Virus record (IMG/VR): IMGVR_UViG_3300028027_000061
Length of the DNA: 64,000 bases
Origin: a virus
Direction: 5' to 3' (one strand)
This document shows, piece by piece, positions 27,411 to 36,977 of the stretch (positions within the stretch are counted from its first letter, which is position 1; every line of letters begins with the position of its first letter). The position numbers were made by a program, and so were the translations under genes. The notes under the pieces are model-generated. The model was not told the origin of the DNA, ran no database searches, and worked only from the letters and a program-made list of their open reading frames with translations.

Positions 27411-27932
27411 ATGCCAGCTAGATTTCTAATCAGTGATACCCATTTTGGTCATGCCAGCACATGGGAAAAGTTTACTCTAGAGGATGGTAGTCCTCTCCGT
27501 CCGTTCACCTCCACTGAGGAGATGGACGAGACAATGGTAGACAACTGGAACAAGACAGTTCGTCCGCAAGATACAGTGTATCATCTTGGGGATGTAGTAA
27601 TCGCCCGACGCCATCTGGAAACAGTGAAGCGTCTGAATGGGCGGAAAATCCTTATCCGTGGAAACCATGACATTTACAAGGATAAGGACTATTATGGGGC
27701 AGGATTCGAGCAGATTCATGGCGTTCGCGTGTTTGTGGATCAGTTCATCCTGTCTCATATTCCCCTTCACCCAGACTGTGTAGGTGAGCGGTTCAAACGT
27801 AACGTCCACGGTCACCTGCACGGTAATCGGATTATGCTTTATAATCAAGTCGATCCTCGGTACCTGTGTGTATGCGTGGAGCAGATTAACTACACACCGA
27901 TTTCTTTTGACGATGTGTTGAAAATGACTTGA
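27411..27932 (+). CDS. calcineurin-like metallophosphoesterase
   Basis: Motifs ISDTHFGH, GNHD, GHLHG. Confidence 0.6.
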   Translation: MPARFLISDTHFGHASTWEKFTLEDGSPLRPFTSTEEMDETMVDNWNKTVRPQDTVYHLGDVVIARRHLETVKRLNGRKILIRGNHDIYKDKDYYGAGFEQIHGVRVFVDQFILSHIPLHPDCVGERFKRNVHGHLHGNRIMLYNQVDPRYLCVCVEQINYTPISFDDVLKMT

Positions 27933-27957
27933 CAAACCATACAACTTATAGTATAAT
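27929..27957 (+). promoter_or_regulatory. early promoter TTGACA-N17-TATAAT
   Basis: Consensus. Confidence 0.5.
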
Positions 27958-27983
27958 GGTTCTTTATTATGAAAGGTGAAATT

Positions 27984-28535
27984 ATGATTGATACGAGCAA
28001 GATTATCCATGTTTCTGAATGGCGTAAGGTTTCGGAACTTCCGTCGACTCCTGCGCGACAGACTGCTCTAGATGAGAAGTATAGCAAGTATGGTGTGTAT
28101 CAGGTTGCCGAGGAAGCAGATATTGACTTGATTGGTGATGACTTAGTAAGTCCCCACATCGGTTATACTGGTAAGTCAGGAAATATCCACGATCGAACTT
28201 ATCATATCCGAATGACGGCAAATTCTAAGACTGCTACTTCGCATGGCGCAGGAGTGTTCATTCGTAAAAATCTTGATATTGATAACTGTTATGTTCGCTG
28301 TTTGTATACCGACGAAAATTCATTTGCGTTGTTGGAGCAAGATATTCAACAAGAAACTATGAAGCAATTCGGATACACGTTTAAGTGGCGTGAAGCATCA
28401 GGTGGAACAGATGGCAATTACACTAATGCTACTGTTCTCGCTGAGAAACTTTCAAACGAAGAACGTAAGAATCTTATCTTTTATCTCAACGAACTGATCA
28501 AAGAAGATTTACTTGCTGAATTTATGTCTCGTTGA
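27984..28535 (+). CDS. hypothetical protein
   Basis: RBS gaaaggtgaaattATG. 183 aa. Confidence 0.4.
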   Translation: MIDTSKIIHVSEWRKVSELPSTPARQTALDEKYSKYGVYQVAEEADIDLIGDDLVSPHIGYTGKSGNIHDRTYHIRMTANSKTATSHGAGVFIRKNLDIDNCYVRCLYTDENSFALLEQDIQQETMKQFGYTFKWREASGGTDGNYTNATVLAEKLSNEERKNLIFYLNELIKEDLLAEFMSR

Positions 28536-28575
28536 CCCTGTCTATATACTAGGTAGGTTTTAATAAGGAGTTTAT

Positions 28576-29913
28576 ATGGTTAAAGTTATTGTCGCCGATT
28601 CTAAACTAGATTGCGAGCATCTGCTCGGTCAATATCTAGATGAGAGTCATTTCGACATTGTGGTCAATGAAGATACAGACTGTTATAAAGAGTCTGATTC
28701 TCTGCTCGATACAGAGTTGACTGAAAACAGGATTGCATTTAAGTTTCGTAAGAACTTCTTCTCGCCAGAAGAACAGGAGCAGGCATACATTGGTCTGCGC
28801 GAAGCAGCAACCGAATCACAGAATCGTGGTCTGGCAGCAGGTCCACGTGGTGAGTTGCTAGGCGTAGAAGGTCGCGGTGGTCGCGACTGGGTAACTGATT
28901 ACGAACTCGAGATTCTTGATTTTCTGATGACAGATAAGGGTCGACTGATCGACGAACTTAGTATCGAGAGCATTCGTGCTAAGCATGCAGGTGCACCACG
29001 ATCTAATGCAGATGAAACTCGAGGCGCAGTCTGGTTGCGCAGTCAAGTATGTAAAGTATATCCAGAATATTTTGGTTGGTTCGACGTATGGGTCGACAGT
29101 CTAGAAACAAAGAGTAAAGAAGATGTTGCAAAGGAAGCGCGAAATATCGCAGAGAACTGGATTTCAACAACCAACTATGCTAAGTCGGTTTTCTCAGGCG
29201 TTGCTGGATGGTATGACCGATATCCTAGAATTCCTTTCGGTCGTGCTACTACTTACACTCGTGACAATTTTGATAAGTTTAAGTTGGCCTTTCCTTTTCT
29301 ACAATCTCTTAATCGCGGGTTTAAAGAACTCCTCCCTCGGCGTTGGTCTAACCAAAAGAGTGCCGTGGATACAATCGATAGTCGATTCGTGGTCCCAGAA
29401 ACAGTATTCACCACGATCACCGTCAACAAGTCTTTCCGAACGGCAGCGCATCGTGACGCAGGCGATTTTGCTGATGGTCTCAGTAATCTTCTGGTCGTTG
29501 GTAGTGGTGACTATACTGGCGGTTATCTAATCTTTCCTGAGTATCGCATCGCAGTGAATGTTCGTCCAGGTGACTTGTTGCTAGTCAGCAATCATGAGAT
29601 CATTCACGGTAACACCGAGATTAAACTGACAAGTCCAGATGCTGAGCGTATTTCGTTGGTTTGCTATTTGCGCGAGAACATGCTAGAACTTGGTTCATAT
29701 GAATATGAAACAACTCGCGAGCAATATGTCATTGACCGCAGAACTAATAGAGAACACCACCACTATCGTCCACTCTGGAATGGCGTATCTCCAGGAATGT
29801 GGGACGAACAAGAATGGTATGACTACCTCGAAACTAAACTTGGTCGAGATACAGTTGCCAAGTATCATCCTAAAGCATACCAAACAACATCAACACTTGG
29901 AGATCTATTTTAA
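28576..29913 (+). CDS. TET/JBP-family 2OG-Fe(II) dioxygenase (nucleobase hydroxylase-like)
   Basis: HxD ... H core: TAAHRDAGDFADG ... GGYLIFPEY ... GDLLLVSNHEIIHG. 445 aa. Sits directly upstream of a GT-A glycosyltransferase. Confidence 0.5.
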   Translation: MVKVIVADSKLDCEHLLGQYLDESHFDIVVNEDTDCYKESDSLLDTELTENRIAFKFRKNFFSPEEQEQAYIGLREAATESQNRGLAAGPRGELLGVEGRGGRDWVTDYELEILDFLMTDKGRLIDELSIESIRAKHAGAPRSNADETRGAVWLRSQVCKVYPEYFGWFDVWVDSLETKSKEDVAKEARNIAENWISTTNYAKSVFSGVAGWYDRYPRIPFGRATTYTRDNFDKFKLAFPFLQSLNRGFKELLPRRWSNQKSAVDTIDSRFVVPETVFTTITVNKSFRTAAHRDAGDFADGLSNLLVVGSGDYTGGYLIFPEYRIAVNVRPGDLLLVSNHEIIHGNTEIKLTSPDAERISLVCYLRENMLELGSYEYETTREQYVIDRRTNREHHHYRPLWNGVSPGMWDEQEWYDYLETKLGRDTVAKYHPKAYQTTSTLGDLF

Positions 29914-30722
29914 TGGAATATAGTATTGCTATTCCGTCTTATCATCGTGAACATACTATTCAGAATAAGACGTTGAAAGTTCTTGAATCATATAACATCG
30001 ATCCTGCTAAAATCACGATCTTTGTTAATGATCAGGATGAAGGCGAATATGATCGATATGCTAATGCGTTGAAGGAAAACCCTTACGCAAAGGATATCCA
30101 GATTGTTCGTGGTGTTCCAACTATCGGAAAACAACGTAACTTTATTGAACGTTGGTATCCGGAAGGCACACGACTGATGATGTTCGATGATGATATTGAA
30201 GAAGTTCAAGTCAAAGTCAGTGAACAGAAGTTGGGTCGTGTCGAAGATCTCGAGCGAGAAATCTTTATTCGTGGATTTGAGGAATGCGAGAAGGTAGGTG
30301 CTAAGACCTTTGGTATCTACGCAGCATCGAATGCATTCTTTATGAAAGATCGAGTATACAATGACATTTGCTATATCATTGCCTCGATGTTTGGTGTGAT
30401 TGTTGAACATGATGATTTTCTCGCTCGAGTAACCAACCATGGTGAAGACTACGAATATTCTATTCGCCAGTATATTAAGAATGGTGTTCTTGCTCGCCTT
30501 GACAACTACACAGTCAAGTCTCGGTACTACAAGGAAGAAGGTGGACTTCAAGATGTTCGCACTAAGGAATATGTGTATGACAGTGTGAAGATTATTGCGG
30601 ACGAGTTCCCCGACCTTTGCACGATGTATATCCGCGAAACTACTGGACATGCTGAATTGAAACTGCATGACCGCAACAAGAAGTATCGTAAAGTAGAATC
30701 TTCACTAGAGGATCTATTTTAG
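29913..30722 (+). CDS. GT-A glycosyltransferase (TET-associated-like)
   Basis: IAIPSYHRE start and DxD-like MFDDDIEE. ATGG overlap with the upstream gene. Confidence 0.45.
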   Translation: MEYSIAIPSYHREHTIQNKTLKVLESYNIDPAKITIFVNDQDEGEYDRYANALKENPYAKDIQIVRGVPTIGKQRNFIERWYPEGTRLMMFDDDIEEVQVKVSEQKLGRVEDLEREIFIRGFEECEKVGAKTFGIYAASNAFFMKDRVYNDICYIIASMFGVIVEHDDFLARVTNHGEDYEYSIRQYIKNGVLARLDNYTVKSRYYKEEGGLQDVRTKEYVYDSVKIIADEFPDLCTMYIRETTGHAELKLHDRNKKYRKVESSLEDLF

Positions 30723-30759
30723 TATTGACTTATCCCTGTAAATGTAGTATAGTCAGTTA

Positions 30760-31878
30760 ATGATACTAGAAAAAACAGATGCAGAATACATTGGTCGTCG
30801 ATTTATTGATTATATGTCAAACTATAATCGTATCGACGACCACATGCGTATGAAAAAACTTGAGCGATTAAAAACTCTTCCTTCCACACTTCCAGGATAT
30901 GAACCAGAGAATATGTTGTTCTCTGATTTTAGTATGCACCCAGAAGATATGGAATTTGAGATCTTTGAACCAACTGCCAGCGAGTTCTCGACTATGGTTG
31001 AGATTACTTCTTCTTTCTGCAACGAGAACTCATTCGGCAAAGAAATTAAATTTATTGTTCGCGAGAAGAACAGTGGTAAGTATGTTGGTTTCTGTCGAGT
31101 CGCAAGCCCATTCATCAATTCTAGACCGAGGAATGAATGGTTCGGGCAAGTCCCCGATCTAAAGTCATTCAACAAGCATGCAGTAATGGGATTCATTATT
31201 GTTCCAACACAACCGTTCGGTTTTAATTATCTCGGCGGTAAACTGCTTGCACTTCTTTGCGCATCTCATGAATTTCGTGAAATGTTCAATAAGAAGTATG
31301 ATATGGAAACTTGTCTCTTTGAAACGACATCATTATACGGAAATATCAAGCAAGCATCGCAGTATGATGGTCTTAAACCATTTTTACGGTACACTGGCGA
31401 CACTGTTAGCAATTTTCTCCTCTCATTCTCCGATGATTTTTGGTTTGAGACCTTAAATTGGTTTGCAAGCAAAAATAATGGCGAACCTTTGTTCGGCAGA
31501 GAGGGAATTGCGTCGTATAAGATGAAAATGCAAAATAAAATGATGTCAATTATCAAAAATTCGCTAAAATATCATAATTCTAGCGAACTTTTGGCGTTTA
31601 CAGACGCAATTCAGGCGAACAAAGACGTTACGACGCAAAAAAGATTTTATATTTCAACTTATGGGTACGAAAATTCGAAAAATTACATCCTCGGAACCGA
31701 TAAAACGCTGATCAAGAGCAAAGAAAACTTCGACAAGCACTATTCAGATAATATTATTCGCTGGTGGAAGAAAAAAGCGTCTTCAAGATACGAAAATCTG
31801 AAGTCAGACGGAAGATTGCGTAACAATCTTGAAATTTGGAACAATGACACCATTGATACAATTGATATCATCCGTTGA
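30760..31878 (+). CDS. hypothetical protein (372 aa)
   Basis: Long ORF in the same operon. No confident family. Confidence 0.4.
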   Translation: MILEKTDAEYIGRRFIDYMSNYNRIDDHMRMKKLERLKTLPSTLPGYEPENMLFSDFSMHPEDMEFEIFEPTASEFSTMVEITSSFCNENSFGKEIKFIVREKNSGKYVGFCRVASPFINSRPRNEWFGQVPDLKSFNKHAVMGFIIVPTQPFGFNYLGGKLLALLCASHEFREMFNKKYDMETCLFETTSLYGNIKQASQYDGLKPFLRYTGDTVSNFLLSFSDDFWFETLNWFASKNNGEPLFGREGIASYKMKMQNKMMSIIKNSLKYHNSSELLAFTDAIQANKDVTTQKRFYISTYGYENSKNYILGTDKTLIKSKENFDKHYSDNIIRWWKKKASSRYENLKSDGRLRNNLEIWNNDTIDTIDIIR

Positions 31879-31886
31879 TATAAATA
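31879..31886 (+). promoter_or_regulatory. T4-type late promoter candidate (TATAAATA)
   Basis: Exact TATAAATA octamer 14 nt upstream of ATG 31900. Confidence 0.35.
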
Positions 31887-31899
31887 CTACATAACATAT

Positions 31900-33177
31900 G
31901 TGAGTATAACAATGGCAACAATAGAGCAACTCAATAATATTAAACAAATCATCGAGGGTGTAGATGGGTTCTCTATAAGAACCTCTACACCCTCAAAGAT
32001 TGTAGTCGATTGCGACAAAGACAGACAAGAAGCAAAAACTCTTCTTGAGTCTACATTCAAAGACAACGACATTAAATTTAAAGAACAGATTGTTTCTGGT
32101 TCTTCTTTTCCTGCAACAGTGATTGATGGGCAAAGTCTCAATATCATTTACAAGAACAAACGTGGTGGAGGGATGCAAGAAACAACACTAAATTCTTCGA
32201 TCACCGAACTGTTTCCTTGTATTGCATTCTTGACAAAGATTGAAAATCAAGATTTAAGCACGATTGATAAGTTTTACGCTGCAATATTAAAAAATAACAG
32301 CACAGATCTAAGTTGTTACATTAGAAATGACAATATTGCTGGAAAAGAATTCGTAGATAAAGCAGAAACCTCTTCGAAGTTCAAACAGAAAACAACTGGC
32401 GCACTTGCTGTCCTAAAATTCATCCGAGAACAAGATAAAGGTAAACCAATAACTGATGTTTATTGGGGATATAGAAACAAACCAACTGGTGTTCTTCCAA
32501 ACCACAAAGGTGACATATTTTTAAAGTTCAATGATAACTCTATGGTTGGTGTCTCGATAAAATCAGGCGGTGCCAAAACACAAGAACCTAAATTGAACAC
32601 ATATGTAAATCCTATTATGGAGTGGTTTGGTAAAAAAGCAGAATTCGATAAAATGAAAGTAGAAGCATTTAATCTGTTCTATACTGATATTCCAGGAATG
32701 CCGAAAGATCCCAAGAAAGTTGGATCTAGAGAGTTCTACGATTCACTGGGTAAATACGAACTTTCCAACAAACAAGATTATGATAAGAAGTATGATGCTG
32801 TGTTGGAGTATATGCGTTCTAAACTGGTAGAACTATTATCAGCGAATGATGCTAAAACAAAGAAATGGTTGACGGAAGTCGTTGCTGGTGAACAAGAGGG
32901 TGTTCCTCTGGTCGTGGTAAAGGCAATCGAAACAACAGGCGACTTTGAGTTGCAGACAGATGAAGATGTTATTAAATCATGCGTAGTCAGATCTAAAAAG
33001 ACGGGTGGATTGAAGATAGAGAAATCCACTACATCAAAACAGAATTTTGACATATCATTGACTTGCAATCTCAGAGTTACTAAACTTAATTTCAGTATAA
33101 GATCGAACAAGGTGGGTGTTCAACATAAGTTGGGGCAATTCCTAAATTTGGCAGTTAAATTTAACGGTGCCAAGTAA
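31900..33177 (+). CDS. putative PD-(D/E)xK-type nuclease
   Basis: Candidate D-x(n)-[ES]xK core (HKGDIFLKF ... VGVSIKSGG). Weak family call. Confidence 0.3.
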   Translation: MSITMATIEQLNNIKQIIEGVDGFSIRTSTPSKIVVDCDKDRQEAKTLLESTFKDNDIKFKEQIVSGSSFPATVIDGQSLNIIYKNKRGGGMQETTLNSSITELFPCIAFLTKIENQDLSTIDKFYAAILKNNSTDLSCYIRNDNIAGKEFVDKAETSSKFKQKTTGALAVLKFIREQDKGKPITDVYWGYRNKPTGVLPNHKGDIFLKFNDNSMVGVSIKSGGAKTQEPKLNTYVNPIMEWFGKKAEFDKMKVEAFNLFYTDIPGMPKDPKKVGSREFYDSLGKYELSNKQDYDKKYDAVLEYMRSKLVELLSANDAKTKKWLTEVVAGEQEGVPLVVVKAIETTGDFELQTDEDVIKSCVVRSKKTGGLKIEKSTTSKQNFDISLTCNLRVTKLNFSIRSNKVGVQHKLGQFLNLAVKFNGAK

Positions 33178-33183
33178 AATCTT

Positions 33184-33191
33184 ATAAATAG
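33184..33191 (+). promoter_or_regulatory. T4-type late promoter candidate (TATAAATA)
   Basis: Exact octamer 7 nt upstream of ATG 33198. Confidence 0.35.
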
Positions 33192-33197
33192 TCGTAT

Positions 33198-33485
33198 ATG
33201 ACATACGATGCAATATTTAAATTAATTGGAGACGTGGGTTTCCCAATCGCAGGCGCTTTACTTGCGGGTGTCTTTGTGTATTTTGTAATCAACTACATTC
33301 TGGAGAGCGTTGTTAAGGCGCTCAAGGGAATGCAGGGTATTATTATGGGACTCGACAATCGAGTCAAGACAATGAACCATGATATTATTCGCGTTGATGC
33401 AGTTGTTAGTTCCGCTTTAGGTCTTAAACCAGATCTAGATAGAATAGCACGAGCAGACGGGAAAAACGATGCTCGGAAAGATTAA
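33198..33485 (+). CDS. small membrane protein, tandem paralog A (holin-like?)
   Basis: One N-terminal TM helix (FPIAGALLAGVFVYFVINYIL). Paralogous to the next ORF. Both end in ...KD. Confidence 0.4.
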   Translation: MTYDAIFKLIGDVGFPIAGALLAGVFVYFVINYILESVVKALKGMQGIIMGLDNRVKTMNHDIIRVDAVVSSALGLKPDLDRIARADGKNDARKD

Positions 33486-33751
33486 TGGACCCATTAATTA
33501 TAACAGAACTAGTTAAACAATATGGATTCCCGATCGTCGCCTCTGTCGGCATGGGTTACTTTGTTTGGTTCATTTATAAGTTCGTAACTGATAAATTAAT
33601 GCCGTTGATTAGTGAAACCAATGTGATTTTGATTGCGTTGATTGACCGTGTTCGCATGCTTGACAACGATTTAATTAGATTAAACCAGAAGGTGAGCGTA
33701 GTTTTACAAATAAAAGAGGATCATAGCAATGACAATCAACCTAAAGATTGA
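33485..33751 (+). CDS. small membrane protein, tandem paralog B
   Basis: Same architecture (GFPIVASVGMGYFVWFIY). ATGG overlap. Confidence 0.4.
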   Translation: MDPLIITELVKQYGFPIVASVGMGYFVWFIYKFVTDKLMPLISETNVILIALIDRVRMLDNDLIRLNQKVSVVLQIKEDHSNDNQPKD

Positions 33752-33819
33752 ATTACTAAAGGTCTTCACAATTGATTTTAATTTTTCTTCTGACAACAAA
33801 AACAAAAAGGAAGAGAAAA

Positions 33820-34269
33820 ATGCTAAAACGAGCGATGATGCTCCTGACGCTACTAAGTCTAAGTAGTCCAGCATACGCAGATCCTATAGTCCAACAGTTT
33901 AAATCACCTTCCTTTACAGGTTACGGGTGGTCTTCACACGTGCAGTCAATCGACGCACAAGAGCGTTCGCGAGAGCAGGCAATTAAAGATGCTGAGGCAG
34001 CAAAGGCAGCATTAGCAAGAGCAGAGGCATCTAATACGCCACTCGCCAAATTCATGGCGCTGTTTACCTCTCAGGTATATGCCCAACTTGCTACACAACT
34101 TTCGAACAATTTGTTCGCAGAAGGTGGGAATGCCAGTGCTGGAACATTTAACCTCGACGGTAACTCTGTGAGTTATGTAAAGACTGGGACAGAAGTTAGA
34201 CTAACAGTTGTCGATAAGAATGGCAATACTACAGTTGTTGTCGTTCCTATTGCTACATTCGCGTTTTAA
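33820..34269 (+). CDS. csgF: CsgF-like curli assembly protein
   Basis: Signal peptide (MLKRAMMLLTLLSLSSPAYA). The C-terminal ...SYVKTGTEVRLTVVDKNGNTTVVVVP resembles the CsgF beta-rich C-terminus. Immediately upstream of csgG. Confidence 0.45.
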   Translation: MLKRAMMLLTLLSLSSPAYADPIVQQFKSPSFTGYGWSSHVQSIDAQERSREQAIKDAEAAKAALARAEASNTPLAKFMALFTSQVYAQLATQLSNNLFAEGGNASAGTFNLDGNSVSYVKTGTEVRLTVVDKNGNTTVVVVPIATFAF

Positions 34270-34278
34270 GGCAGAGTT

Positions 34279-35103
34279 ATGAAAAAAATAATTCTCCTTC
34301 CAATTCTACTAGCAACTTCTGGTTGTGTTGGTGCGCTTCATCCTACTGCCAACCAATCATATCTGTTCAGAGATGATGCAGAAGTCAAACGTTTTGCGAA
34401 TCCAAAATTGTTCAAGAATCTTCCTGAATTAGATGGCCAACCAATTCCTATCGCGCTGTATTCATTTACTGATAGAACTGGTCAACGTAAACCATCTTCA
34501 ACTCTTGCAAGTTTCTCGACTGCAGTAACTCAAGGTGCAGATGCTTATCTGATCAAAACACTGCAAGATACAGGAGACGGTAAGTGGTTTACACCAGTCG
34601 AGCGTGTTGGTATTGATTCGCTGATCAAAGAACGTCAACTTGTTCGTCAAATGCGCGAACAACTTTCTGGCGAGAGTGCTGAACCTCTTCCACCACTCAA
34701 GGTTGCTGGTATCATCTTAGAAGGTGGTATTATTGACTATAACTCGAATATTAAAACAGGTGGTACTGGTGCTAGATTCCTTGGCATCGGTCCATATCAA
34801 CAATACACCCAAGATCAGGTAACAATTAGTCTTCGTCTGGTTTCTGTCCAAACTGGCGAAGTTCTAAATTCAGTTACAGTGGAAAAGACAGTTCTCTCGA
34901 CTTCCGAGGGGGTGACTGCGTTCACATTCTTCGACATGGCGACTAGAGCATTTGAATTTGATGGACAACAAACAAGTAATGAAGCAGGTAGTTATGCGAT
35001 CCGTTCTGCCATAGAAACGGCCGTTGTTGAGTTGATCAAGGATGGTGAAAGAAAGAATCTATGGAGATTCAAACAAAAGGAAACGACAAATGAAACTAAG
35101 TAA
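34279..35103 (+). CDS. csgG: CsgG-family curli secretion channel lipoprotein
   Basis: Lipoprotein signal with lipobox LLATSGC. 274 aa. CsgG-like central region (...IDSLIKERQLVRQM ... ILEGGIIDYNSNIKTGG...). Confidence 0.6.
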   Translation: MKKIILLPILLATSGCVGALHPTANQSYLFRDDAEVKRFANPKLFKNLPELDGQPIPIALYSFTDRTGQRKPSSTLASFSTAVTQGADAYLIKTLQDTGDGKWFTPVERVGIDSLIKERQLVRQMREQLSGESAEPLPPLKVAGIILEGGIIDYNSNIKTGGTGARFLGIGPYQQYTQDQVTISLRLVSVQTGEVLNSVTVEKTVLSTSEGVTAFTFFDMATRAFEFDGQQTSNEAGSYAIRSAIETAVVELIKDGERKNLWRFKQKETTNETK

Positions 35104-35863
35104 GTTTTTATTAGTTGGTGCTGCTCTTTGTTATGGAACATCTGTGATTGCACAAACTGTACTGCCAACAGCACCAACTCCTCCAGCAATTGTAACAACT
35201 TCGCCAAATGAAACAGAGGCAAATACTGTTGCAACTACAAATAAGGTATATATCGATCAAGAAGGGGGCAACGTAGATGTTAACATCGTTCAAACTGGCA
35301 CTGCTAACGTTATCGGTTCTTCTATTGATCCTATTTACCTACGTGGTGATAACCAAAGCGTTATCGCAATACAAACAGGCAATGGAAACCAACTTTATAT
35401 GGGTGTCGTATCCGACACAGGAGCACAAGGAATCGCCGATGTAACAATTCGTCAAATTGGCGATTTAAACACTGCTACTATTCGTTGTGGGACAGAAGTA
35501 ACTGACTCCTCATGTAATCAACTCGACATGAATGCCAAGTTCACTGGTAATAACAACTCGTTTGTTTTCCGTGGTTCGGGTGCTAATATCCGTAACTCTA
35601 TGGATTTCAACGGTAACAATAACACAATCAACATGGATGCACTATCACCAAATGCGTCACAAACTATTCTGGTGACAGGAAACTACAATGACTTTGATGT
35701 TACACAAACTGGTACTGGTGGAACATTCGGTCACTCGCTTTATGTTAATCTAACAGGTTCATTAAACACTATAACAACACAACAGTATGGTGTTTCTGAG
35801 ACTGTGATCAATATTAATAGTGTGGGATCAAATGGCACGTTTAATATCAAAACTGGTCACTAA
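35090..35863 (+). CDS. secreted curlin-repeat (CsgA/CsgB-like) amyloid subunit candidate
   Basis: Signal peptide. Imperfect ~22-aa repeats of the form x-Q-x-G-x-G/N-N-x-(A/V)-x-I, e.g. IDQEGGNVDVNIVQTGTANVI, IAIQTGNGNQLYM, FNGNNNTINM. N/Q/G/T-rich. Confidence 0.5.
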   Translation: MKLSKFLLVGAALCYGTSVIAQTVLPTAPTPPAIVTTSPNETEANTVATTNKVYIDQEGGNVDVNIVQTGTANVIGSSIDPIYLRGDNQSVIAIQTGNGNQLYMGVVSDTGAQGIADVTIRQIGDLNTATIRCGTEVTDSSCNQLDMNAKFTGNNNSFVFRGSGANIRNSMDFNGNNNTINMDALSPNASQTILVTGNYNDFDVTQTGTGGTFGHSLYVNLTGSLNTITTQQYGVSETVININSVGSNGTFNIKTGH

Positions 35864-36977
35864 TCTTCTACTGATATTTCTGTTATCGACTCCTGCCTTT
35901 GCGGATATTGGGTCGATAACAGATTTCAGAGGAGGTGGTGCCATTAAGCGTGGCGCCAAGACTACAGTTGCATCTAAGGGTGCAAGAGTTCAAAAGATGG
36001 ACACTGTTTCAACAAACAGTCAAGGCAGATTTAGGATAACATTTAATGACTCGACTACCGTCAATATTACAGAAAACTCTCGCCTTCTTGTGGATGACTT
36101 TGTGTATGATGGGGGAGGGAACACGAAGGGCAAACTTGGACTTCGGGTCGCGCTTGGCACCGTCAGATACGCATCAGGTAAAGTCGCAAAAACAAATCCA
36201 CGAGGCGTAAACATTCGCACACCGACTGCCACTATCGCAGTCCGTGGCACAGACTTCGTTATGTCGGTTGATGAAGCAGGTCGTTCTACGGTCGTGCTGG
36301 TTCCCGAATGTTATAACGAACTAGACATTACAAAACAAACTGCGGAATGTCCGAATGGAATGATAGATGTCATTACAGCATCTGGCGTAGTTACATTAAC
36401 ACAACCATTCCAAGCAACAGTTGTGGAAAACAACTTTGCGCCACCTGCTCCGCCAGTAGTTATCAATCCATTAGTTAAGACATTAGATAACAATGTTCAA
36501 ATTGTTCCGTTGGAAACAGATGATGGTCAGAGTTTGCTCCAACTTGCCAGAGATAGTCTAAAGAAATTTACGAATCCCGCAAAAGCAGCATCGGATGATA
36601 ACAAAGACCCAGATGCAGGCACAAACGATAACGTGGAACAAGTTACAGTTGCTATGCTTCGCCAAGCAACACCGCAAGAACTTCTGGATGTTTATGCCGA
36701 GTTCAACGAAGGAACCAAACCAGCAGAAACAATCTATACTAATGTATCGCCAACATTCAAGAAGAACGTTCAGGTTGGTTGGGTGTATACTCGATTATCG
36801 GACGACAAACAACAAGCAATTACTGTTTGGTTAGAAAAAGGAACAGAAGCGCAAGTCGTATCTGTTCAAAATGGATTAGTAGATGTTTACAACTTTATGG
36901 ACGACAAGTGGACAACATCGGGAACTGGTAGACCACAGGGCAATATCACAGTGATGCAAGAAACAGGTGCAAGATGA
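35832..36977 (+). CDS. secreted FecR-domain-like protein
   Basis: Signal peptide (LLLIFLLSTPAFA). Central beta-rich region RFRITFNDSTTVNITENSRLLVDDF ... LRVALGTVRYASGK. Confidence 0.35.
   Translation: MARLISKLVTNLLLIFLLSTPAFADIGSITDFRGGGAIKRGAKTTVASKGARVQKMDTVSTNSQGRFRITFNDSTTVNITENSRLLVDDFVYDGGGNTKGKLGLRVALGTVRYASGKVAKTNPRGVNIRTPTATIAVRGTDFVMSVDEAGRSTVVLVPECYNELDITKQTAECPNGMIDVITASGVVTLTQPFQATVVENNFAPPAPPVVINPLVKTLDNNVQIVPLETDDGQSLLQLARDSLKKFTNPAKAASDDNKDPDAGTNDNVEQVTVAMLRQATPQELLDVYAEFNEGTKPAETIYTNVSPTFKKNVQVGWVYTRLSDDKQQAITVWLEKGTEAQVVSVQNGLVDVYNFMDDKWTTSGTGRPQGNITVMQETGAR

Noticed and set aside
29988-30668. 226-aa minus-strand ORF
   Set aside because: Antisense to the GT-A glycosyltransferase gene, which has the DxD motif and coupling to the upstream gene.
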